Assembly: GCA_015068235.1 (NCBI GenBank)
Contig: SVKY01000001.1
Span: 5,660 to 69,659, forward strand
DNA length: 64,000 nucleotides
Source of the DNA: Oscillospiraceae bacterium
GTDB taxonomy: Bacteria; Bacillota; Clostridia; Oscillospirales; Oscillospiraceae
Reading direction: 5' to 3'
Shown: one piece after another, positions 39,691-48,520 of the stretch
Numbering within the stretch: the stretch's first letter is position 1
Layout: each line of letters opens with the position of its first letter
Translations under genes and position numbers: made by a program
The notes under the pieces: model-generated
What the model was told of the DNA's origin: nothing
What the model saw: the letters and a program-made list of their open reading frames with translations, nothing else
Databases searched by the model: none

Positions 39691-40371
39691 ATGCGCATTG
39701 GAGGGCTGCAAAAGCTGACTTTATTGGACTTTCCGCAGAAAGTTGCATGTACTGTGTTTCTGCAGGGCTGCAATTTCCGCTGTCCGTTCTGCCATAATAC
39801 GCCGCTTTTGATCGGAACGCAGGAACTTGCACAAGATGAACTTTTCAATTTTTTGAAAAAGCGCCAAGGCATGCTTGACGGAGTTGCCGTCACAGGCGGT
39901 GAGCCATTGATCAATTCCGACATTGCTTCCCTGCTGCGCAAGATCAAGGAGCTTGGTTATGCCGTGAAGCTCGATACCAACGGTTCATTTCCCGAGCGTC
40001 TGAGCGCACTGATCGATGAGAATTTGGTCGATTATGTGGCGATGGACATCAAAAACAGCCGCGAAAAATATGAATTGACAGCCGGAGCAAAAGACATTCT
40101 GCCCGCTGTTGAAAAAAGTGTCCGTCTTCTCTTAGACGGCAAAATTCCCTACGAGTTCCGTACCACAATTGTGGATGAGCTGCACGAGCCTGAAGATTTC
40201 CATGACATTGGGCACTGGCTTTCGGGCGCTGGGGCATATTTTTTGCAGAGCTTTGTGGATTCAGGTCAAATCCTATCAGACGGCATGAGCCCACCGAGCA
40301 AGGATAAAATCGAAAAATGCCTGGCAATTGCCAGTCAATATATATCCAATACCCAAATCCGTGGTTTATAA
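39691..40371 (+). CDS. nrdG: Anaerobic ribonucleotide reductase activating protein (radical SAM)
   Basis: GGLQKLTLLDFPQKVACTVFLQGCNFRCPFCHN. GGAGGG lies upstream of ATG 39691. Confidence 0.88.
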   Translation: MRIGGLQKLTLLDFPQKVACTVFLQGCNFRCPFCHNTPLLIGTQELAQDELFNFLKKRQGMLDGVAVTGGEPLINSDIASLLRKIKELGYAVKLDTNGSFPERLSALIDENLVDYVAMDIKNSREKYELTAGAKDILPAVEKSVRLLLDGKIPYEFRTTIVDELHEPEDFHDIGHWLSGAGAYFLQSFVDSGQILSDGMSPPSKDKIEKCLAIASQYISNTQIRGL

Positions 40372-40393
40372 TATTCGAAAAGGAGAATGTATC

Positions 40394-42757
40394 ATGTTTC
40401 AAGTCATTAAGCGAAATGATAAGACCGTAGATTTTGACATCACCAAGATCGCTGAGGCGATTCGTAAGGCATTTATTGCAAAGGAAAAGATTTTTAACGA
40501 TTCCATCATCGATTTTCTCGCTCTCAAGGTCACTGCTGACTTTGAGCCGAAGATCAAGGACGGCAAGATCCCTGTTGAGGACATCCAGGACAGCGTTGAG
40601 AGCGTTCTGATCCGTGGCGGTTACGATGATATTGCAAAGGCGTACATCCTTTATCGCCGTCAGCGTGAAAAGCTGCGCAATATGAAGTCTACCATTTTAG
40701 ACTACAAAGAGCTTGTTGACAGCTATGTAAAGGTTCAAGACTGGCGTGTAAAGGAAAATTCTACCGTTACATACTCTGTCGGTGGTTTGATCTTGTCCAA
40801 CTCCGGAGCAATCACAGCCAACTATTGGCTCAGCGAGATCTATGACGACGAGATCGCCAATGCTCACCGCAACGCGGATATGCACATTCATGATATGTCC
40901 ATGCTCACCGGTTACTGCGCAGGCTGGTCTCTGCGTCAGCTGATCCAGGAAGGCTTGGGCGGCGTTACCGGAAAGATCACCTCTGCGCCAGCAAAGCACT
41001 TGGCTTCCCTGTGTAATCAGATGGTCAATTTCCTTGGCATTATGCAGAATGAATGGGCTGGCGCACAAGCATTCTCTTCGTTTGATACCTATCTTGCACC
41101 GTTTGTCAAGGTTGACAATCTGACCTATGATCAGGTCAAGAAGTGCGTTGAAAGCTTCATCTACGGTGTCAATACCCCCTCCCGTTGGGGTACTCAGGCC
41201 CCCTTCTCCAACATCACCCTTGACTGGACCGTTCCGAACGATATGGCAGAGCTGCCTGCGATCGTCGGCGGCAAGGAGATGCCCTTCAAGTACAAGGATT
41301 GCAAGAAGGAAATGGACATGGTCAACCGTGCCTTCATTGAAGTCATGATCGAAGGCGATGCCAATGGCAGAGGATTCCAGTATCCGATCCCCACCTACTC
41401 CATCACCCGTGATTTTGATTGGTCGGAATCTCTCAACAACAAGCTTCTGTTTGAGATGACCGCAAAATACGGCACTCCTTACTTCTCTAACTATGTCAAC
41501 AGCGATATGGAGCCGAGCGATGTTCGTTCCATGTGCTGCCGTTTACGTTTGGATTTGCGTGAGTTGCGCAAGAAGACCGGCGGCTTCTTCGGAAGCGGCG
41601 AATCCACAGGTTCTGTCGGCGTTGTTACCATCAATATGCCCAAGATCGCTTATCTTGCCAAGGACAAGGCTGATTTCTACAAGCGCCTCGATCACTTGAT
41701 GGATATCGCAGCTCGTTCCCTGAAAATCAAGCGTACCGTCATTACCAAGCTCATGGATGAGGGTCTGTACCCCTACACCAGACGTTATTTGGGAACGTTT
41801 GATAACCACTTCTCCACACTCGGCTTGATCGGCATGAACGAGGTCGGCTTGAACGCAAATTGGCTGCGCAAGGACATGACCCATAAGGAAACACAGGATT
41901 TCACTGTTGAAGTTCTGAATCATATGCGTGAACGCCTTTCCGATTATCAGGAGATGTACGGCGATCTGTACAACCTGGAGGCAACCCCTGCCGAATCCAC
42001 CACTTACCGCTTCGCAAAGCACGATAAGAAGGACTTCCCGAATATCATCACAGCTGCCAAGGAGGGCGAGACTCCTTATTACACTAACTCATCTCACCTG
42101 CCCGTCAGCTACACCGAAGATATTTTCTCTGCACTCGACATTCAGGACAAGCTTCAGCCGCTTTACACCTCCGGTACGGTCTTCCATGCGTTCTTGGGCG
42201 AAAAGCTGCCTGATTGGAAGGCTGCTGCAAATCTGGTTCGCAAGATCGCTGACAACTATAAGCTTCCCTATTACACCCTTTCTCCGACCTATTCCGTCTG
42301 CCGTGAGCACGGCTATCTTGCCGGCGAGCACTATACCTGCCCGCAATGCGGTCAAAAGGCTGAGGTTTACAGCCGTATCACCGGTTACTACCGTCCTGTG
42401 CAGAACTGGAATGACGGAAAATCTCAGGAATTTAAGGATCGTCAGGTCTACAACATCGAGCATTCGATGCAGACCCGTTTTGCAGAAGACAGCGCCCCTG
42501 AAACCGAACCCTCCGTCAAGGCTGAGGGCAAGCTGATCCTCTTCACCACCACAACATGCCCGAAGTGCGTAATGGCTAAGAAGTTCTTAGCAGATGCAGG
42601 CTTGGAATATGAAACTGTCGTTGTCAACGACAACCCCGATGCGGCACGCAAATATGGCATCAAACAGGCTCCGACGCTGCTCGTACTCGATGGTGAAGAA
42701 GTCATCAGCCGTATCGAAAACCCGTCCAATATCCGCGCCTTTACGGAAAGCTGCTGA
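40394..42757 (+). CDS. nrdD: Anaerobic (class III) ribonucleoside-triphosphate reductase with an N-terminal ATP-cone and a C-terminal fused glutaredoxin/NrdH-like domain
   Basis: ATP-cone VIKRNDKTVDFDITKI, Zn ribbon C-x14-CPQC, glycyl radical motif RITGYYRPVQNWNDGK, and an extra ~85-aa tail LILFTTTTCPKCVMAKKFL...APTLLVLDGEEV (about 42525-42754). Confidence 0.88.
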   Translation: MFQVIKRNDKTVDFDITKIAEAIRKAFIAKEKIFNDSIIDFLALKVTADFEPKIKDGKIPVEDIQDSVESVLIRGGYDDIAKAYILYRRQREKLRNMKSTILDYKELVDSYVKVQDWRVKENSTVTYSVGGLILSNSGAITANYWLSEIYDDEIANAHRNADMHIHDMSMLTGYCAGWSLRQLIQEGLGGVTGKITSAPAKHLASLCNQMVNFLGIMQNEWAGAQAFSSFDTYLAPFVKVDNLTYDQVKKCVESFIYGVNTPSRWGTQAPFSNITLDWTVPNDMAELPAIVGGKEMPFKYKDCKKEMDMVNRAFIEVMIEGDANGRGFQYPIPTYSITRDFDWSESLNNKLLFEMTAKYGTPYFSNYVNSDMEPSDVRSMCCRLRLDLRELRKKTGGFFGSGESTGSVGVVTINMPKIAYLAKDKADFYKRLDHLMDIAARSLKIKRTVITKLMDEGLYPYTRRYLGTFDNHFSTLGLIGMNEVGLNANWLRKDMTHKETQDFTVEVLNHMRERLSDYQEMYGDLYNLEATPAESTTYRFAKHDKKDFPNIITAAKEGETPYYTNSSHLPVSYTEDIFSALDIQDKLQPLYTSGTVFHAFLGEKLPDWKAAANLVRKIADNYKLPYYTLSPTYSVCREHGYLAGEHYTCPQCGQKAEVYSRITGYYRPVQNWNDGKSQEFKDRQVYNIEHSMQTRFAEDSAPETEPSVKAEGKLILFTTTTCPKCVMAKKFLADAGLEYETVVVNDNPDAARKYGIKQAPTLLVLDGEEVISRIENPSNIRAFTESC

Positions 42758-42767
42758 GAGGTTCTCT

Positions 42768-43670
42768 ATGTATGACATCATCATTGTCGGCGCAGGTCCT
42801 GCCGGCTTGACGGCTGCGATTTATGCACGACGTGCAGGAAAGAATGTCCTTGTTCTTGAAAAGGATACCTTTGGCGGTCAGATCACCTATTCTCCAAAGC
42901 TTGAAAACTACCCCGCATTTCAAGAAATCAGTGGCAACGAGCTTGCCCAGCGTATGCTTGAGCAAGCGCTTGCCCTTGGAACCAACATCGATATGGATAC
43001 TGTTGTAGATGTACTCGACGGCGAAGTAAAGACCGTCGTTGGCGAAGGCGGAACATATCAGACAAAAGCCGTGATCATTGCCGCAGGCGCCAAGCATCGC
43101 CGTCTGTACTTGGAAAATGAAGAGCAGTATATCGGCAACGGAATCTCCTTTTGCGCAGTCTGTGACGGTGCGTTTTACGCAGGTCAGCATGTGGCTGTCA
43201 TCGGTGGCGGCAACACAGCACTACAGGAAATTGCGCTGCTTGCAGAGACCTGTAGCCACGTCACGGTCGTTCAAAACCTCGCATTCCTGACAGGCGAAGC
43301 AAAAATGATTGACCTATTGAAGAAAAAGTCAAATATTGACTATCTCTATTCCACCGTTGTCACGGGCTATGAAGGCGAAGATGAGTTGAAGGCAATTTAT
43401 CTTCGCAATACACAAACCGGTGAGGAAAAGCGCATGGAGATCGACGGCATTTTCCTTGCCATTGGCACGGAACCGGAAAATGCAGCCTATTGCAAGGTTT
43501 CTGAACTAAATGATTTTGGTTATATCATTGCAGACGAGCGTTGCTTGACAAAAACAGACGGCATTTTTGTCGCAGGTGATTGCAGAACCAAAGCATATCG
43601 CCAAGTGGCAACAGCCGTGGCAGACGGTGCAACGGCAGCGTTGAACGCATGTAAATATTTGGATCAATAA
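42768..43670 (+). CDS. trxB: Thioredoxin-disulfide reductase family flavoprotein
   Basis: IIIVGAGPAGLTAAIYARRAG, redox CAVC, a second GGGNTA dinucleotide fold, and FVAGD. Confidence 0.85.
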   Translation: MYDIIIVGAGPAGLTAAIYARRAGKNVLVLEKDTFGGQITYSPKLENYPAFQEISGNELAQRMLEQALALGTNIDMDTVVDVLDGEVKTVVGEGGTYQTKAVIIAAGAKHRRLYLENEEQYIGNGISFCAVCDGAFYAGQHVAVIGGGNTALQEIALLAETCSHVTVVQNLAFLTGEAKMIDLLKKKSNIDYLYSTVVTGYEGEDELKAIYLRNTQTGEEKRMEIDGIFLAIGTEPENAAYCKVSELNDFGYIIADERCLTKTDGIFVAGDCRTKAYRQVATAVADGATAALNACKYLDQ

Positions 43671-43675
43671 AATTT

Positions 43676-43710
43676 GGGTGAGGTCATCGATCGACCTCAC
43701 CCAGTTTTTT
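43676..43710 (+). terminator. Rho-independent terminator after trxB
   Basis: GGGTGAGGTC / GACCTCACCC, then TTTTTT. Confidence 0.8.
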
Positions 43711-43748
43711 ATATTATGCTAAGTTTCAGTAAAAAGCAGACTTTGTTA

Positions 43749-43915
43749 TACTAATTCTTAATAAAACGATTGAATCGTTTTATTGTCCGCTCTACGAGCG
43801 GGTGGCGGCGTAGCCGACAAGAATGTTGTACAATACTTTTCTTTCCGCCACAGGCGGTGCAGGATATTCATCCTGCAATAAAATGGTTTTCAAACCATTT
43901 TATCAAGAAACAGTA
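43749..43915 (+). mobile_element. 167-bp MITE-like element, copy L, with imperfect ~37-bp terminal inverted repeats and a TTA/TTA flanking duplication
   Basis: About 90 percent identical to the reverse complement of 48316-48482. Ends are TACTAATTCTTAATAAAACG and the complement of TACTGTTTCTTGATAAAATGG. The flanking TTA at 43746-43748 is repeated at 43916-43918, which is the stop codon of the LRR-SLH gene. Confidence 0.6.
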
Positions 43916-46885
43916 TTATGCAATTGCTCTGTACAGGAACGTTACGATCTGACCACGGGTGCAGCTTGCATTCGGGGCAAACTTTCCACCGCCGACACCC
44001 TGTGTGACATCATTTTCTACCGCCCAAAGGACCGCCTTGAAGTAGTAGTCACTCGTCTTGACATCGGAGAACGGATTGTTCGTGCTTGCAGGAGCAGGTT
44101 CGCCTTGACTTCTCCACAAGAACGTTGCAACCTGACCACGAGTGCAGGTGGCATTTGGTCCGAAGCTCGTTGCGGACAAACCTGTTGTGATGCCGTTTTC
44201 CACTGCCCAAAGAACTGCCTTGTAGTAGTATTCTCCTGCCTTAACGTCCTTGAAGTTATTCTTCGTAGAGGTTGGCTCGGGACTGCCGCAGGCTCTCCAC
44301 AGGAAGGTCACGATCTGACCACGGGTGCACGGCGCATTCGGTGCAAAGCTCGTTGCGCTCATGCCGTTGGTGATGTTCTTTCCAACCGCCCACAAAACGG
44401 GAGTTGCAAAATAATCGCTTTCCTTCACGTCCGTGAACGGATTTTCCGTCGGGGTTTCTGGCTCGTTGGGCTGGTCCGTCGGTTCAGAAGGCTCTTCACT
44501 TGGTTCGGAAGGTTCTTCACTGGGGTAGGAAGGCGCCTCACTCGGCTCTGTGGATTCCTCGCTTGGCTCGGACGGCTCCTCGCTCGGCTCGGTTGTCTCC
44601 TCACTCGGCTCAGAGGGTTCCTCGCTCGGTTCGGAGGGTTCCTCACTCGGTTCGGAGGGTTCCTCACTCGGTTCAGTCGGTTCCTCGCTCGGCTCGGTCG
44701 GTTCTTCCTCAGATTTCGAGTAGTTAAAGTGAATTAATTTATTAATTAAACTATCTGTTAAAGCGACGTTGTCAAATCCAACTGCAATTTCATGCCAAGC
44801 TTCTTCAGAGCCGCTGTAATAGATTTCCAGACTGTTCGATCCTGTCTTTGAAAACGCAGATTCGCCAATAATAGAAACAGTTTCGGGAATGATTAAATAT
44901 CTAAGGTCAAAACAGTTTGCGAATGCACTATCGCCAATGATGATCACGCCGTCCGGAATCTCATAGCTGCTGGAATAGATGTTCGCACCGTCCGGAAGCT
45001 CACACTTACCGTAATAATTCTCCGGACATTGGATCAATTTCGTTTTTTCTTTGTTAAACAGGACACCATTCGCATCAGAACTATAATACTGATTTGCTTC
45101 ATCAACCCAAATCTCATTTAAGCTGCCGCAGTTATAGAACGCTTTCTCACCAATACTCGTCACGTTTTTAGGAATGGTTATGCTCGTCAAGCTTCTGCAC
45201 CAGTAGAATGCCGATTCTCCGATGCTTTTTACACTCTCGGGAATGTTTACACTTTTCAAGCTATAACAATGGGTGAACACGCTGTCACCAATGCATGTCA
45301 CGCCGTCAGCAATCGTAACACTCGTCAGTTTTTCGCTGTCAGAGAATGCTCTGTCAGCAATCGTCAACGTATTACTTCTGACAGTATAGTCTCCTGTAAC
45401 ACTATTACGTGCTTCAATTAGATGTCTACCGATGTACAAAACATCAATTTCCCAATTACTTTCTTCGTTATAGTATGCAGTGCTTCTAAACGCACCGTCT
45501 CCAATACTTGTCACGTTATCAGGAAGCGTTATATTTGAAAGCGCTGAGCAACTCCAAAACGCACCGTCTCCAATACTTTTCACGCTATCGGGAATTATTA
45601 TGCTCGTCAAGTTGACACATGACGAAAATGCATAGTCAGAAATTATCAATGTGTTGCTTCGGATTGTGTACCCATCGGCGATGGTCTCTTTTGCCTCAAT
45701 TAAATACTTGCCGATATATAAAACATCGTTTTCCCAATTACTTTCTTCGTTATAATAAGCAGTATTAGAAAAAACACGACCGTTCATGCTTATTACACTA
45801 TCTGGAAGAGTTACGTTTGTCAAGCTGGTGCAGTTTGCAAACGCAGAACTACCAATACTCGTTACGCCATCAGGGATAGTCACGCTCGTCAAATGACTGC
45901 AACTATAGAATGCACTATCACCGATGCTCGTCACGCTGTTGGGAATGGTATATGCTCCGGAATATGTAACAGGGCACTTTATCAACTCCGTTTTTTCCTT
46001 GTTAAACAAGACACCACTTGCATCAGAGCTGTAATATTGGTTCGCCTCATCTACCAAAAAACCAGCTAAACTGTCGCAGAAAGAAAATGCATTATCGCCA
46101 ATGAATGCTACGCTCTCTGAAATTGTTACACTCGCTAAACTGCTACAGTCGGAGAATGCTTGATCACCAATTCTCATCACGCCGTTGGGAAACGTCACAC
46201 TTGTCAGACCGGTGCAAGAAAGGAATGCCGTACTTTCAATACTTATCACACTATTAGGAATTGTTACATCCGTCAGGTCGTAGCAGTATGAAAAACTGCT
46301 CTTACCAATGTTTGTCACGCTATCGGGAATCGTTATATTCGTTAGATTGCTGCAACTATGAAAACATCTGTCGCTGATTTTCGTCACACTATTGGGAATC
46401 GTTATGCTCGTTAGACTGTAGCAGTTTTGAAAAGCACCCTGACCAAAAATCGTTACGCTGTCGGGAATCATTACGCTTGTTAGACTGCTGCAGAAAGAAA
46501 ATGCCTGCATTCCAATGGTCGTGACACTATCGGAAATCGTCACACTCGTCAGGCTGGAGCAGTCAGAGAACGCATCATTACCGATGCGCGTTACGCTGTC
46601 GGGAATCGTCACGCTCGTCAGGCTGTCGCAGCCATAGAACGCACTATTGCCGATGTCCGTGACGGCGACACCGTCGATTTCAGCTGGGATATCGGCGCTG
46701 GTTACGGTATCGTCGCAATCGGTGATGGTACCGGTTGCTTTGTCGAAATAGATATTGCCGCCCTCGACGGGGTAAACAATATCCGTTTCGGAATAGGCGC
46801 TTACTTGCGTCAGTGGGAACATGGATAGCAGCATTGCCATGCAAAGCAGCATTGCTATCAGTTTTTTACATCGTTTTGTTTTCAT
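43916..46885 (-). CDS. Cell-surface protein with a signal peptide, many BspA-type leucine-rich repeats, an (E/P/S/T)-rich linker and three C-terminal SLH domains
   Basis: MKTKRCKKLIAMLLCMAMLLSMFPLTQVSA. Roughly 23-aa units of the form SVTxIGxxAFxxCxxLTSVTIPD. Three copies of F-DVK-x-DYY...AVLWAVENGIT-G...F-PN-x-CTRGQ-VTFLWR. Confidence 0.85.
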   Translation of the reverse strand: MKTKRCKKLIAMLLCMAMLLSMFPLTQVSAYSETDIVYPVEGGNIYFDKATGTITDCDDTVTSADIPAEIDGVAVTDIGNSAFYGCDSLTSVTIPDSVTRIGNDAFSDCSSLTSVTISDSVTTIGMQAFSFCSSLTSVMIPDSVTIFGQGAFQNCYSLTSITIPNSVTKISDRCFHSCSNLTNITIPDSVTNIGKSSFSYCYDLTDVTIPNSVISIESTAFLSCTGLTSVTFPNGVMRIGDQAFSDCSSLASVTISESVAFIGDNAFSFCDSLAGFLVDEANQYYSSDASGVLFNKEKTELIKCPVTYSGAYTIPNSVTSIGDSAFYSCSHLTSVTIPDGVTSIGSSAFANCTSLTNVTLPDSVISMNGRVFSNTAYYNEESNWENDVLYIGKYLIEAKETIADGYTIRSNTLIISDYAFSSCVNLTSIIIPDSVKSIGDGAFWSCSALSNITLPDNVTSIGDGAFRSTAYYNEESNWEIDVLYIGRHLIEARNSVTGDYTVRSNTLTIADRAFSDSEKLTSVTIADGVTCIGDSVFTHCYSLKSVNIPESVKSIGESAFYWCRSLTSITIPKNVTSIGEKAFYNCGSLNEIWVDEANQYYSSDANGVLFNKEKTKLIQCPENYYGKCELPDGANIYSSSYEIPDGVIIIGDSAFANCFDLRYLIIPETVSIIGESAFSKTGSNSLEIYYSGSEEAWHEIAVGFDNVALTDSLINKLIHFNYSKSEEEPTEPSEEPTEPSEEPSEPSEEPSEPSEEPSEPSEETTEPSEEPSEPSEESTEPSEAPSYPSEEPSEPSEEPSEPTDQPNEPETPTENPFTDVKESDYFATPVLWAVGKNITNGMSATSFAPNAPCTRGQIVTFLWRACGSPEPTSTKNNFKDVKAGEYYYKAVLWAVENGITTGLSATSFGPNATCTRGQVATFLWRSQGEPAPASTNNPFSDVKTSDYYFKAVLWAVENDVTQGVGGGKFAPNASCTRGQIVTFLYRAIA
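44479..44710 (-). repeat. About eleven in-frame 21-nt repeats encoding EEPSEPS/EEPTEPS
   Basis: GAGGAACCCTCCGAACCGAGT-like units seen directly in the DNA. Confidence 0.8.
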
Positions 46886-46992
46886 AATGATCTCCTCTCA
46901 ATTTATATTTTCTGCTGCGGTAAAGCGTCAAATAACAACTTGTCCTTGACGCTATGACTGGACATAAAAGTGTACTTTTTCATCCACTCCAC

Positions 46993-47140
46993 TTGAAAAG
47001 TAAAAATTGTTATGCTATACTTAATTTGGATATAAAATGTAATACAAAAGAAACTGGAAGCAAAAGTACACTTTTTCTTCCAATTTTTAAGTTCAAGAAA
47101 ATTCCACTGTGAAAATACAGTGGAATTTTCTTGCTTTTTC
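46993..47140 (+). promoter_or_regulatory. Candidate extended -10 promoter P1, followed by a perfect 17-bp hairpin with a T-run, upstream of gtrA
   Basis: TTGAAA (46993), 17-nt spacer, TGcTATACT (to 47021). Hairpin CAAGAAAATTCCACTGT (47094-47110) / ACAGTGGAATTTTCTTG (47117-47133), then CTTTTTC. A second TGcTATATT -10 element lies at 47156-47164. Confidence 0.45.
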
Positions 47141-47187
47141 ACTTAAAATGGTGTATGCTATATTAGATTTTAATTAGGAGTTATGCT

Positions 47188-47607
47188 ATGAAAGAGAAAA
47201 TTCTGTCTTTATTCGATGCGAAGATGTGGAAGTTCCTTTTGGTCGGCATCTTGAACACTGTTGTCGGTAACGGCTTGATGTTCCTGCTTTATAATCTTTT
47301 CCATATCGGTTATTGGCCCTCCACCGCCATCAGCTACGCCTTGGCAAGCGTAATGAGCTACTTCTTAAATCGCTATTTCACATTCAAATATCAGGGCAGC
47401 GGCTACGGTGTCGTGCTTCGCTTTGCACTGAACATCATTGTCTGCTACGCCCTTGCTTATGGCATTGCACAGCCGTTAGTTTCATGGATTCTTTCCGCAG
47501 CAAGCGTAACAGTACGTGACAATGTCGCCATGCTCGCAGGCATGTGCCTGTTTGTCGGCTTTAATTATATCGGTCAGCGATTCTTTGCTTTCCGTGAAGA
47601 GAAATAA
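47188..47607 (+). CDS. GtrA family membrane protein
   Basis: 139 aa, 4 TM segments. KFLLVGILNTVVGNGLMFLLY and FNYIGQRFFAF are GtrA-like motifs. Confidence 0.75.
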   Translation: MKEKILSLFDAKMWKFLLVGILNTVVGNGLMFLLYNLFHIGYWPSTAISYALASVMSYFLNRYFTFKYQGSGYGVVLRFALNIIVCYALAYGIAQPLVSWILSAASVTVRDNVAMLAGMCLFVGFNYIGQRFFAFREEK

Positions 47608-47619
47608 GAGGTTTTACCT

Positions 47620-48315
47620 ATGATTCGCAAAACTTTACGCAAGGTCATTCCGACCTATGCCATAATGCCGCTTTGCCTGACGGGTATTATGATGGCTTGC
47701 TCCTACGGGCTTGCGAAGGTGATCCAAGCATTCATCAGCTTTGATCCGATCGATATCACATCTTCGATGGATGCGTTTTTTGGATTTGATCCGATTTGGA
47801 TCTGGGTCTACTTCGGTTCGTACTTCTTCTGGATCTATCAGTATACGACTATCGCCCGTGAGAGCCAAGAAAAAGCTTGTCAGCTTGCTGTCGCCGACGC
47901 AGTTGCAAAAATGATCTGCTTGATCTTTTTCATCGCAATGCCTGCAACCAATGTCCGTCCTGAGATCGAAGGCGGCGGCATCAGCGCAGAGCTTATGCGC
48001 CTGCTTTATTGGATCGACACGCCGACCAACCTGTTCCCCTCCATTCATTGTTTTGTTGCATGGATGGGCACGCGTTACATATTTGAGTGCAAGAAGCTGC
48101 GCTATAAATGGCTTGTTTGTATTTTATGCTTCATTGGCTCGGTTTTGGTATTCCTCTCAACGTTGCACACAAAGCAGCATGTTGTTTGGGACGTCCTGTC
48201 TGGCATTGCAGTTGCCGAAATTGGCTGGTTGGTTGCACGCTTTACCAAGCTTCCGAGGCTGCTTGAAAAGCTGAATGAGAAATTCATGCAGACAAAAATA
48301 TGCAAATATTTATAA
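47620..48315 (+). CDS. PAP2-superfamily membrane phosphatase/phosphotransferase
   Basis: Polytopic, with FPSIHCFVAW and HTKQHVVWDVLSGI resembling PAP2 C2/C3 motifs. Confidence 0.6.
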   Translation: MIRKTLRKVIPTYAIMPLCLTGIMMACSYGLAKVIQAFISFDPIDITSSMDAFFGFDPIWIWVYFGSYFFWIYQYTTIARESQEKACQLAVADAVAKMICLIFFIAMPATNVRPEIEGGGISAELMRLLYWIDTPTNLFPSIHCFVAWMGTRYIFECKKLRYKWLVCILCFIGSVLVFLSTLHTKQHVVWDVLSGIAVAEIGWLVARFTKLPRLLEKLNEKFMQTKICKYL

Positions 48316-48482
48316 TACTGTTTCTTGATAAAATGGTTTGAAAACCATTTTATTGCAAGATGAACGTCCTGCACCGCCTGTGGCGGCAAGAAAAGTATTG
48401 TACAACATTCTTGTCGACTACGCCGCCACCCGCTCGCAGAGTGGGTAATAAAACGATGAAACCGTTTTATTAAGAATTAGTA
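48316..48482 (-). mobile_element. 167-bp MITE-like element, copy R, inverted relative to copy L, with a TAA/TAA flanking duplication
   Basis: The flanking TAA at 48313-48315 (the PAP2 stop codon) is repeated at 48483-48485. Same terminal inverted repeats and internal hairpins as copy L. Confidence 0.6.
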
Positions 48483-48490
48483 TAAAAGTT

Positions 48491-48520
48491 TAGGAGAGAA
48501 GTTAAGCACTTCTCTCCTAA
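48491..48520. terminator. Hairpin terminator at the end of the FemAB gene
   Basis: TAGGAGAGAAGT / ACTTCTCTCCTA 12-bp stem that overlaps the TAG stop. Confidence 0.6.

Noticed and set aside
43823-44737. 304-aa plus-strand ORF rich in Arg, Leu and Phe.
   Set aside because: It is the antisense shadow of the SLH domains and the EEPSEPS repeat of the LRR-SLH gene. Its low-complexity translation is produced by the 21-nt repeats.
46903-47142. 79-aa minus-strand ORF in the LRR-SLH/gtrA intergenic region.
   Set aside because: It has no RBS and an AT-rich, low-complexity translation. It also spans the promoter and hairpin elements.
43746-48485. Composite transposon formed by the two MITE-like copies.
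   Set aside because: The outermost flanks (TTA on the left, TAA on the right) are not a direct duplication of each other. Each copy has its own matching 3-bp duplication, which indicates two independent insertions. No transposase gene lies inside. The inversion or mobilisation potential is kept as a low-confidence finding only.
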